A stretch of 64,000 nucleotides of DNA from Myxococcota bacterium. Lineage in GTDB: Bacteria > Myxococcota_A > UBA796 > UBA2385. A program made the position numbers and the translations under genes. The DNA lies in assembly GCA_044344255.1 (NCBI GenBank), contig JBIJDH010000003.1, positions 224,001-288,000 of the forward strand. The letters are read 5' to 3'. The notes below the pieces were generated by a model, which was not told the DNA's origin, did no database searches, and saw only the letters and a program-made list of their open reading frames with translations. Below are positions 1 to 8,336 of this stretch, piece after piece. Position 1 is the stretch's first letter, and each line of letters begins with the position of its first letter.

Positions 1-83
1 GCGGTGCTCCTAATCCACCGCTCCCCGGGGTGGGCGGGCTGAGGTCCCTCATTCGCCCGCGATCGGCCTGTCGGGAGCTGCTT

Positions 84-752
84 GTGGCGAACGTGATCCC
101 CCTGGAAGAGCGCCTCCGAGTCATCGAGGTCTACCCGAGCGTACAAGGGGAGAGCACCTTCGTGGGCCTCCCCTGCGTCTTCGTGCGCCTCGCTGGCTGC
201 AATCTTCGCTGCACGTGGTGTGACTCCACCTACACCTTCACGGGCGGGGAGCATCGCTCGATCGACGCGGTGGTGGAGGAGGTGGCAGCGATGGGCGTGT
301 CGCTGGTCGAGGTCACGGGGGGGGAGCCGTTGGTGCACCGCGCGGCGATCCCCTTGATGGAGCGGCTCCTCGCCCGCGGCCACACCGTGCTGCTCGAGAC
401 CTCGGGCTCCCGAGACATCGGCGCGGTGCCCGCCGGGGTCCACATCATCCTCGATCTCAAGCCGCCCGACTCCGGGGAGGCGGGCAAGAACCTCTGGTCC
501 AACATCCCGCTCCTCCAGGCGAAGGACGAGGTGAAATTCGTGATCGCCTCCCGCGCCGACTACGAGTGGAGCCGGGACCGCATCCGCGAGCACGCCCTCG
601 ATCGGCGCTGTGGCGCGGTGCTGCTGTCCCCGGTCTTCGGGAGGGTCGATCCCGCGGCGATCGTGGAGTGGATGCTCGCGGATCGGGTGCCCGCCCGCTT
701 CCAGCTGCAGCTCCACAAGTTCGTGTGGCCGCCGGAGGCCCGAGGGGTGTAA
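84..752 (+). CDS. queE: 7-carboxy-7-deazaguanine synthase (radical SAM, queuosine pathway)
   Basis: SVQGES..G.PCVFVRLAGCNLRCTWCD (CxxxCxxC), VTGGEPL, LETSG and QLQLHK motifs; start placed at GTG 84 behind GGAG at 74-77. Confidence 0.92.
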   Translation: MANVIPLEERLRVIEVYPSVQGESTFVGLPCVFVRLAGCNLRCTWCDSTYTFTGGEHRSIDAVVEEVAAMGVSLVEVTGGEPLVHRAAIPLMERLLARGHTVLLETSGSRDIGAVPAGVHIILDLKPPDSGEAGKNLWSNIPLLQAKDEVKFVIASRADYEWSRDRIREHALDRRCGAVLLSPVFGRVDPAAIVEWMLADRVPARFQLQLHKFVWPPEARGV

Positions 753-846
753 GGGACGAGCGGTGCCCGGCGCGGCCGGGGCCCCGGCTGTTCCGGTCGG
801 AGCGGCCGAAGAGAGGCCCCGCGAGGGCCGGAAGGAGAGGTGCAAC

Positions 847-1107
847 GTGGCTCAGGTGGATGCGGGGGGCACGGCCCTCCAAGAGGTGGTCTTCGGTGTC
901 AACGGGATGACGTGCGGCGGCTGTTCGAGCAGCGTCCGGCGCTCTCTCGAGGCCCTCCCCGGCGTCTCGGGCGTTGAGGTGACCCTCAGCCCCGGGCGGG
1001 CCGCCGTGCGCTACGATTCGCTCCGTGTCACCGCGGCGGAGCTCGTGTCTGCGGTGGAGGAGGCCGGCTTCGAGGTCGTCCCGTCGGCGATGGGCGCCGC
1101 CTCCTGA
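847..1107 (+). CDS. Heavy-metal-associated (CopZ-like) metallochaperone
   Basis: GMTCGGC metal-binding motif and C-terminal AVEEAGF; GTG 847 preceded by GGAGAGG. Confidence 0.88.
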   Translation: MAQVDAGGTALQEVVFGVNGMTCGGCSSSVRRSLEALPGVSGVEVTLSPGRAAVRYDSLRVTAAELVSAVEEAGFEVVPSAMGAAS

Positions 1108-1138
1108 CCGCCTGAAGTGACAGCCGCTTGGAGCGCCG

Positions 1139-1609
1139 ATGCGTCGTGATCACCGCCTGAAGCCCACCCTCCTACTGTGGGGCGCGCTCCTGTTGACCGC
1201 CGGCGGCTCCTGGGCGGCCGTCGGGTTGCCGCCTCGAATTCGTCCCCCGGCGGACACGGGCGCGGTCGACACGGGCGTCGTGGACACGGGCGTCGAGGAC
1301 ACCGGCGCCGTGGACACCGGCGCCGTGGACACGGGCACGGGGGGCGACACCGGCGCGGTGGACTCCGGCACGGGGGGCGACACGGGAAGCCCGTTGGACA
1401 CCGGCGCCCCCGTCGACACCGGGGCCCCCGCGGACACCGCTGTGACCGACACCGGCGCCTTGGACACAGCGGTCCCGGTCACCAGCGCCGCCCAGCTCAC
1501 CGACGAGAAGGGAGGCTTCGCCTGCAGCTCGGCCCCCGCCTCCGGCTCCACTTGGTTCGGGATGCTCGCGCTGGCGCTGCTCACCGCCGTCGGGCGCCGC
1601 TCCCGCTGA
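1139..1609 (+). CDS. Secreted D-T-G repeat protein with MYXO-CTERM-like sorting signal
   Basis: Signal peptide, many (V)DTG units, C-terminal GGFACSS + hydrophobic helix + RRSR. Confidence 0.75.
   Translation: MRRDHRLKPTLLLWGALLLTAGGSWAAVGLPPRIRPPADTGAVDTGVVDTGVEDTGAVDTGAVDTGTGGDTGAVDSGTGGDTGSPLDTGAPVDTGAPADTAVTDTGALDTAVPVTSAAQLTDEKGGFACSSAPASGSTWFGMLALALLTAVGRRSR
1252..1470 (+). repeat. Imperfect coding repeats of about 15 bp (GACACSGGC core) encoding xxDTG units
   Basis: Repeated gacacgggc/gacaccggc directly visible. Confidence 0.8.
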
Positions 1610-1626
1610 GCCTCCGCCGGTTGGCT

Positions 1627-3282
1627 TCACTTTTCGTGAGAGAGCTTCCAGTTCAGGTACAGGCAGGAGACCGCGTCCGGGAGCTGGGGGGGATCGCCGA
1701 AGACCCCCTTCATCTTCTCCGGGTTTCCGTTCAGCAGCGCGAGGCAAGGCACGGCGATGGACTGAGCGAGGGTGTCGGCGGTCTTGTCGAGGACCCAATC
1801 GCCGCGGGCCTCGAACTTGTCGAGCTGAATGGAGATCGCCCCCTCGCCGCTGAGGTCAAAGGCGGCGTCCTTGTCGAGGTAGTCGACCGTACCGAGGTCA
1901 GCGGCCCAGAACTTGGCCACGCGGGCGACGGCGGCGCGACCGCGACCGGCCTCCGGCACGTAGTCTGCGGACTTGCCAAGCTGATCGCGCACCATCGCGA
2001 AGCTCTTGTTCATCTCCTTTCGGTCGTCGGAGCCCTCGAGGTAGACACACTGGATCTTGCCGTTGGAGAGGCTCTCGAAGTTGCTCTCTACCTGTCCCTC
2101 CGGTCGGGCCCGTCCGGCCAGGTCAGCCGGGGTCCAGAGCAGCTTCTCGCGCTCTTCGGGGGCCTCGAGGGTGGAGGCGGGGCCGCGATGCTGGGCGTCG
2201 GGGACGGCGGTCATGCCGAGGTGGAGCGACTGCCGGTAGGTCATGCGGAGCGGGCCGCGGCCGCAGACGTCGACGCCGTCGGAGTCCGTAAAGGCCTCGA
2301 AGTCGGTCGACTGCAGATCGCGCCGGACGGGTAGCCAGGTCAACAGCACCTGCATGTCGCCGTCGAAGGTCTCCTCCTTTTGGACCCGGTCGCGCCACTC
2401 GGTGAAGGTGCGCTGGCGCTGGTCGCGGCCGTTCAAGAGCCACTCGTACTCTTTCTCCGCCGACAAGATTACCTTGACCTTCTTGCGGACGAGGTTTCGG
2501 AGCTCTTCGTCCTCCTTGAGCACGGCGAGCAGCGTCCCAGAATTGGTGACCTGGGCGGCGAGCTCCGAGAAGTCGAGCTCGGTGCTGTCCTTGGAGAGGG
2601 CGGCGTCGAGGTTCTTCCGGCCGCTCTCACACTCCTGTAGCCGCGTGGACTGGGAGGAGAGCAGCTTGCGGGAGCTGCAGCCCTGGCAGGAGAAGACCCC
2701 GGCGAAGAGCCAGCCGCCGAGCAGGGTCATGCCCAGGATGATGTTTCGGGGCTGATAGATGGCGCCCGACCGCACGAAGGTGACGGCCCGCTGGGCGATC
2801 TGGGCCGGGCCGAGCACGAGCAGGCGCGTCCAGGCCTGGCGCTTCACCTCCTGCCCCATCTTGTCGGCGGTGAGCCGATTTCGCCCTTGGCCGCTGCCCT
2901 TGACCGCCTTGCGTTGCTCGATCACCGCTGGCGGCAGGACGTCGAGCTCCACGATGAAGCGCGGGCCGTCCGGGGTGACCAGCGAGAAGCCATCCCCAGG
3001 GCGGACCGCGGTGGAGGTGGTGAGCTGGGTGGGGCGGCGCTCCCCCTGCTTCCACAAGAAGATCGTGGCGGTGCGGTCCGCCGGCGCCAGGATGAGGTTG
3101 GCCGAGCCTTGGCGGATCAGGCGGACGTGCTCGCCGATCACGCCCAGCGCTTCGTTGAGGACGATGTGGCAGCGATCGGCGTTGGAGCCGAGCCGAACCT
3201 CGAGCCCCTCGAAGGGGCCGAAGCGGGTGCCGCCGAATTCTGGCGTCAGCCTCAAGTAGACTGCGAGCTCTTCACCGGCCAT
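1627..3282 (-). CDS. FHA-like + TM + probably inactive SLT-like periplasmic protein
   Basis: N-terminal FHA-like fold (VRLGSN...EH...VRPGDGFSL), one TM (IILGMTLLGGWLFAGVF), C-terminal region aligns by eye with the SLT protein at 44239-45876. Confidence 0.65.
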   Translation of the reverse strand: MAGEELAVYLRLTPEFGGTRFGPFEGLEVRLGSNADRCHIVLNEALGVIGEHVRLIRQGSANLILAPADRTATIFLWKQGERRPTQLTTSTAVRPGDGFSLVTPDGPRFIVELDVLPPAVIEQRKAVKGSGQGRNRLTADKMGQEVKRQAWTRLLVLGPAQIAQRAVTFVRSGAIYQPRNIILGMTLLGGWLFAGVFSCQGCSSRKLLSSQSTRLQECESGRKNLDAALSKDSTELDFSELAAQVTNSGTLLAVLKEDEELRNLVRKKVKVILSAEKEYEWLLNGRDQRQRTFTEWRDRVQKEETFDGDMQVLLTWLPVRRDLQSTDFEAFTDSDGVDVCGRGPLRMTYRQSLHLGMTAVPDAQHRGPASTLEAPEEREKLLWTPADLAGRARPEGQVESNFESLSNGKIQCVYLEGSDDRKEMNKSFAMVRDQLGKSADYVPEAGRGRAAVARVAKFWAADLGTVDYLDKDAAFDLSGEGAISIQLDKFEARGDWVLDKTADTLAQSIAVPCLALLNGNPEKMKGVFGDPPQLPDAVSCLYLNWKLSHEK

Positions 3283-3353
3283 GCGCGCCGCTCCCCGGGG
3301 CGATGGTAACCGACGGCGGTCGACGTTGGGGTGAGCGACCTTGGGGAGGGCGG

Positions 3354-3382
3354 CTGACAGCTCCGGGCCGCTCGGGTAGGCT
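3354..3382 (+). promoter_or_regulatory. Putative sigma70-type promoter for the 3418 operon
   Basis: CTGACA-N17-TAGGCT in the divergent intergenic region, 35 nt upstream of GTG 3418. Confidence 0.45.
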
Positions 3383-3417
3383 CCGGGGCGGCCGAACCAC
3401 GCAGAGGCTCAATTCGC

Positions 3418-4437
3418 GTGAACATCTTCCTGGTCCCCTACACGTGGATGCGCCACCTCTCGATGGCCTTCTGGTGCGCCGCGGCCGGCCTCTTCGCCTG
3501 GTGGGCGGTGCTGACGCTCGTCGTGGTCGGCCCGCAGGTCTCGCTTGCCTTCGACTGGCCGCCCGGGGCCGACGGCCCGTTGCTCGTGGGCACCATCGCC
3601 GCCTTCGTCGCCGGGGCGAGCGTGCTCGGCGAGGGGAACCTGCGGAGGCAGCCGCTGCTCGGGCGTATCTTCCGGGTCGCGCTGGCCGTGCTGATCACCG
3701 AGCTCATCGCCCAGGTCTGGTACCAACTCTGGCACCTCATCGTGCCCGCCCTCCTGTTCAGCAGCCCGGCCCGCGCCGAGGACGCCGGTGACTCCTCGCT
3801 CGTCAGCCTGACCTACCGGCTCGGCGCCTTCGCGATGGCCGGCGCGGGCACCGGGATGGGGCCGCTGATCGTGCGTAAGGGCGCCGGGTGGATCGCCCAC
3901 CTCACCGGGGGCATGGCGGCCGGGCTGGGCGGGGCGTTGGTCTGGCACCTGCTTGGTTACAGCAACTTGAACACCGATCTCTACCTCCCCGGCGCGGCGC
4001 TGGGCCTCGTCTGGGGCTTCCTGTTCGGGCTCCTCTCTTGGGGGATCCCCGACGAGCTGTACGCTGGCTGGCTGCGGGTGTTGAGCCCGGGTCGGTACGG
4101 GCGACGTATCCCCATCGACGCGCCAGCCGGTGGCCCGAAGGAGCGCTTCATCGGTCACTTTCCGAGGGGGCTTGACCTCTTCCTCCCCGTCGAGAACGGC
4201 GTCTTGGAGCTCCACCTCTCCATCGCCGTCGACAAGCAGCAGCGCTACGCCGCCCGCGGGTTGACCCTCTCCCCCACGATCGTGCGGCGCTTCCTCGAGC
4301 GCATCGACCTCCGTTACGATCCACGCCGGCCCGCTCCCCTGGAGACTCCGCTCAGCAGCGGTGACCGCATCCAGCTCGGCACCGGGGCGAACAGCGCCGA
4401 GCTCGAGTTCATCCTCCTGCCTCGCGAAGAGAGCTGA
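3418..4437 (+). CDS. Polytopic membrane protein with C-terminal FHA-like domain
   Basis: About 7 hydrophobic segments, then GWLRVL..G..GRRIPID...RFIGH...LELHLSI...LSSGDRIQLG. Confidence 0.7.
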   Translation: MNIFLVPYTWMRHLSMAFWCAAAGLFAWWAVLTLVVVGPQVSLAFDWPPGADGPLLVGTIAAFVAGASVLGEGNLRRQPLLGRIFRVALAVLITELIAQVWYQLWHLIVPALLFSSPARAEDAGDSSLVSLTYRLGAFAMAGAGTGMGPLIVRKGAGWIAHLTGGMAAGLGGALVWHLLGYSNLNTDLYLPGAALGLVWGFLFGLLSWGIPDELYAGWLRVLSPGRYGRRIPIDAPAGGPKERFIGHFPRGLDLFLPVENGVLELHLSIAVDKQQRYAARGLTLSPTIVRRFLERIDLRYDPRRPAPLETPLSSGDRIQLGTGANSAELEFILLPREES

Positions 4438-4440
4438 GCC

Positions 4441-5901
4441 TTGACCGACCTCCGGCTGGCCCGCTTCGTCTCCCGGTGCCTGGTCGCGGCGGCGATGCTG
4501 GTCGGCGCTGGGGGATGCGCCGACAACTTGACCCCCATCCCCGGCACCACCACCCGCGTGGGTCGGCCGGTGCAGGCGGAGGGGCGGGAGCTCGGGCTCA
4601 AGATCTTCACCACGATGGACGACTGCAAGAGCTGGAGGATCGCGCCGGAGGACGTCCCATCCTGCCTCCCGCATGTCGATCGTTCGAGCGGGGAGGTGCG
4701 GCTCGGCTTTGCCTTCCTACGAAAGGAGACGGAGAGCGTCTACGCGATGCCCGAAGCGGAGGAGTACCTCCAGATCACGCACCAGGGTACCGCGGTCCAG
4801 GATGACGAGGGTGGTAAGATTGTGGAGGTGATCGGGCATGATCCGGAGGCCGTGCGGCGCCTCTACGTGCTGGTCATCGACGGTTCCTCCTCCATGTGGG
4901 AGGACAACCGGATGCAGAAGATCAAGTCGGCCTTGCGTCGCCAGGACGTGGTGGATTCGTTCTTTCCACAAGACGTCAAGTCCGCCGTGGTCCTCTTTCA
5001 GTTCACCGACGGTGATCCGAGGCCGGTCGGGGGCCAGCTCACCATCTTGCAGAACCGGAAACAATTCGGCGCCGCCGTCGAGCAGCTCCAGGTGCTGTCC
5101 GGCTACACGCACCTCTACGACGCCGTGGCCTTCGCGTCCGGCGCGCTCTTGAAGGACCCCTCGATCGCTGAGCTCCTCGACCGCGAGGAGATGGGCGTGA
5201 CCGTCATCGCGCTCACCGACGGGTTCAACAACGAGAAGCGGGACGACCAGTGTGCGACGAACGCTGATCGGATCAGCCGGCTGTTGAAGGGGATGCTCCA
5301 GCAGCGGCAGGACAAGCAGGACCTCCGGACTCGGCCGACGATCTACACGGTGGGCCTCGGCAAGCCGCTCCGCCCGGGCTTTCACCTCGACGGTGACGTC
5401 GGCACGGAGGTCAAGCCCATCCAGCTCTGCGGCAAGCGCTTCGCCTACATGACCATCGACGGAAACCTGGAGCGGTATGGCATCGACAACGCCAGCCTCG
5501 CTATCATCGCCGATGCAGGCGGGGGTACGAGCTACGTCAAGGAGACCAAGGACGGGCTGGCCGAGGCCTTCCGCGCGGCGGCGCCGATGCGCTACCGCTG
5601 GTTCGAGCTCCGCTACCGAACCGATCCCTTCTACCTCCGCCGCAAATTCAAGACGGGTATCAAGCTGACGAGCTTCGCCACCGCGGAGGCCTCGGTCGAG
5701 CTCTTTCCGAGCGCCTGGCTGGACGGACCTCCCGGGGTGGAGGGGGAGGACGGCTGGACGAAGAGCCAGTCCTACCTCCACACTACCGTGGTGGTGATGC
5801 CCGTTCTGGGGCTCCTCGTCGCGCTCTCCTATGTCGGGGCGGTGGTCTTCAACACGCGGCGCGTGCTCTTCGGCCGCACTCGTCCCGGTCGTACGCGTTA
5901 G
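4441..5901 (+). CDS. Exported VWA-domain protein with C-terminal TM anchor
   Basis: MIDAS DGSSS, T(HLYDAV), LTDG, IYTVGLG; N-terminal signal or marginal lipobox (AGGC); C-terminal TM followed by basic tail. Confidence 0.85.
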   Translation: MTDLRLARFVSRCLVAAAMLVGAGGCADNLTPIPGTTTRVGRPVQAEGRELGLKIFTTMDDCKSWRIAPEDVPSCLPHVDRSSGEVRLGFAFLRKETESVYAMPEAEEYLQITHQGTAVQDDEGGKIVEVIGHDPEAVRRLYVLVIDGSSSMWEDNRMQKIKSALRRQDVVDSFFPQDVKSAVVLFQFTDGDPRPVGGQLTILQNRKQFGAAVEQLQVLSGYTHLYDAVAFASGALLKDPSIAELLDREEMGVTVIALTDGFNNEKRDDQCATNADRISRLLKGMLQQRQDKQDLRTRPTIYTVGLGKPLRPGFHLDGDVGTEVKPIQLCGKRFAYMTIDGNLERYGIDNASLAIIADAGGGTSYVKETKDGLAEAFRAAAPMRYRWFELRYRTDPFYLRRKFKTGIKLTSFATAEASVELFPSAWLDGPPGVEGEDGWTKSQSYLHTTVVVMPVLGLLVALSYVGAVVFNTRRVLFGRTRPGRTR

Positions 5902-5919
5902 AATCCGCCCAGGAGCGTC

Positions 5920-8187
5920 GTGGCCCGGTTCATCGGACAATATGAGGTCGTCTCAGAGCTCGGATCCGGGCACTTTGGGGCCGTGTATCTGGCAGCCGGC
6001 GAGGTCCCCGGCCGTGGGGGGCAGCCCGGTCGGCGGCGGCTCGTCGCGATCAAGAAGCTCAAGGACTCCGCGGATCGGGAGGCGCTGGCGCTGCTCGTTC
6101 AGGAGTTCGCGCTCCTCGATCAGGTCAAACACCGCAGCGTCGTGAGGGTCTTTGAGTACCTGCAGGACGAGAACGCGGTGGTCATGGAGTACGTCCACGG
6201 CGTCACCCTCAAGCGGGTGACCGAGGAGCTCGACCGCGCCCGGGAGCAGGTCTTCACGGAGGCCGCCGTCGAGATCGGCTGCGAGATCGCAGACGCGCTC
6301 TTTCAGGCCTACACCACGCCAGGCGACAACGGAGAGCCGCTGCAGCTGGTCCACCGAGACCTCAAGCCTGCGAACCTGATGCTCACGCCGCAGGGGGAGG
6401 TCAAGATCCTCGACTGGGGGCTCGCCCGAGTCGACAACGCGGACTTTCGGAGAGAGTCGCGGGACCGCATCAAGGGCACCCTCCTTTACATGGCCCCCGA
6501 GCAGGCGAGGGGGAAAGGTGTCGATCACCGAAGCGACCTCTTTGCGCTCGGCCTCGTGCTGTATGAGCTGCTGCTCAACAAGACCGCCTACCAGGTGCCC
6601 GACAAGGTGGCCGATCCCTACGCCGCTGTCGTCAAGGCCATCGAGGCGGGGGACGTCGCCGGGCCCTGCAAGGAGCTGGAGGCGAGGCTCCCGGCCATCG
6701 GGCCGGTGATCACGCGGGCCCTTCAACCTCGGCAGGCCGATCGGTATCGGACGGGCCAGGAGCTGATGGTCGATCTCCGGCGTCAGCTTTATCGGGATCG
6801 CGGCGCCTATCTCCAAGAATTTTGCGAGTTCTTCTTTGGGACCATCTGCGACATCGGGGAGCCTCCCTCGATCGAGGGGTTGGGCCTCGTGGGTCGCGCG
6901 CCGGCCAAGGCGCGAGGCGGCCGCGCCTCCATCGAGGAGCGCCTGAAGGAGTCCATGGTGCGCGAGACACGAGCGCGGGACACCGTCCAGAGCTCCGCGC
7001 CGGTGCCCTTGAACTCGCCCGACGCGGCGAGGCGGGCCCCCGTGGCGCCGCCGCTCCGCGGGAACCCTGTCCCTGAGCCTGGAGGAGCCATGTCCGGCGC
7101 CCGTAAGCCTCCCCCGCCGCCGGTCGGTGGCGCCGCCTCCCGGGCTGGCCCGCCGCCGCCCCCCGCGCCGAGCCGGGCGCCGGCCCCCCCTCCGCCTCCC
7201 CGCGGCGCGGCGCCTCCGCCGGCTCCTCCCCGCCCGACTCCGCCGAAGCCGGTGGGTCAACGACGCCCCGACGAGACCGGCATGCTGGAGATGGTGCCGT
7301 TGAACCAGGACGACGATGAGGTAGAAGCCTCGGGAGACCCGAGCGCCACGTCCTTCTTCGCGATCCCGGCGCCCAAGGCGGGGCGGAGCTCGGCCAGCTC
7401 CGCGTCTGGAGGCGGCGGGATGGCCCCCTCGCCGATGTCCATGGCCTCGATGGCGCCGCCGCCCCCGCCGCCGCGGATGGGCATGGGGCAGCCCCCCGCC
7501 GCCGCGATGCCGGGGATGGGCGGCCCGATGGGGGTGAGCAGCATGCCTCCTCCCCCGCCGCCGCCGATGATCCAGGGCCCTGTGGCCGGATACGGTGCCC
7601 CTCCGCAAGGAGGCACCCCGTTCCATGTGCAGGGCGGAGTGGCGCCCCCGGCAGACGCGGGCGCGCGGGTCCAGTCGAACCGCGTCTATGCCATCCTCTT
7701 CTCGGTCTTCCTCCTGGTGTGCGCGGCGGTCTTCTTCGCCGTCTGGTTCAGCCCGTTGCTCACCAAGGCCGCCCCCGAGAAGGAGGAGACCAAGGTGGTC
7801 GCTACTGCGGCGGAGCCCGCGAAGAAGAAGCAGGACACGGGGCTCGCCCCGCCCCCGCCGCCGGAGCCTGTGAAGAGGCCTTCGGGTGGCGGCGGGACGA
7901 AGAAGGAGACCACGCCCAAGGTTCAGTCGAGCGCGCCGCCCGCGCGGGGCGGGACGCTCACGGTGACCATGACGGATGGGTCACCGGTGACGGGCTTCGA
8001 GGTCAACTGCCCGAGCGGCTTCCGCGAGCGCGGCACCATTCGAGGGACCAGCGGGTCGGTCGCGAACGTGCCGAATGAGCCGTGCACGATCTTCTTTAAG
8101 GGCGTCGGCTCCGCGAAGTGGGGGCCCGTGACCGGCGGTCGGTCCGTGAAGTGTCGCATCGAGGGGAGCACCGGCGTCTGCAGCTGA
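5920..8187 (+). CDS. Membrane Hanks-type Ser/Thr protein kinase
   Basis: GSGHFG, VAIK, HRDLKPAN, DWG (for DFG), YMAPE, SDLFALG; Pro/Met-rich linker, one TM, small Cys-containing extracytoplasmic domain. Confidence 0.93.
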   Translation: MARFIGQYEVVSELGSGHFGAVYLAAGEVPGRGGQPGRRRLVAIKKLKDSADREALALLVQEFALLDQVKHRSVVRVFEYLQDENAVVMEYVHGVTLKRVTEELDRAREQVFTEAAVEIGCEIADALFQAYTTPGDNGEPLQLVHRDLKPANLMLTPQGEVKILDWGLARVDNADFRRESRDRIKGTLLYMAPEQARGKGVDHRSDLFALGLVLYELLLNKTAYQVPDKVADPYAAVVKAIEAGDVAGPCKELEARLPAIGPVITRALQPRQADRYRTGQELMVDLRRQLYRDRGAYLQEFCEFFFGTICDIGEPPSIEGLGLVGRAPAKARGGRASIEERLKESMVRETRARDTVQSSAPVPLNSPDAARRAPVAPPLRGNPVPEPGGAMSGARKPPPPPVGGAASRAGPPPPPAPSRAPAPPPPPRGAAPPPAPPRPTPPKPVGQRRPDETGMLEMVPLNQDDDEVEASGDPSATSFFAIPAPKAGRSSASSASGGGGMAPSPMSMASMAPPPPPPRMGMGQPPAAAMPGMGGPMGVSSMPPPPPPPMIQGPVAGYGAPPQGGTPFHVQGGVAPPADAGARVQSNRVYAILFSVFLLVCAAVFFAVWFSPLLTKAAPEKEETKVVATAAEPAKKKQDTGLAPPPPPEPVKRPSGGGGTKKETTPKVQSSAPPARGGTLTVTMTDGSPVTGFEVNCPSGFRERGTIRGTSGSVANVPNEPCTIFFKGVGSAKWGPVTGGRSVKCRIEGSTGVCS

Positions 8188-8336
8188 GGCTCCGCGGAGC
8201 TGGAACCTCTGCGCCGTGGGGCGCGACCGACCGGGCGGGGCTTGCTTTCGACCTCCCCCCTGCCCGTGAGACCCGCGACGCGGTAGGATCTGCGCCGCGA
8301 GCCTGTTGAGAGAGCCTCCATCTCGAGAGAACGGCG

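Noticed and set aside
84..752. 7-deazaguanine DNA-modification (dpd) island
   Set aside because: Only queE is visible, with no dpdA/tgt-like or other dpd genes in the window; the region to the left cannot be seen.
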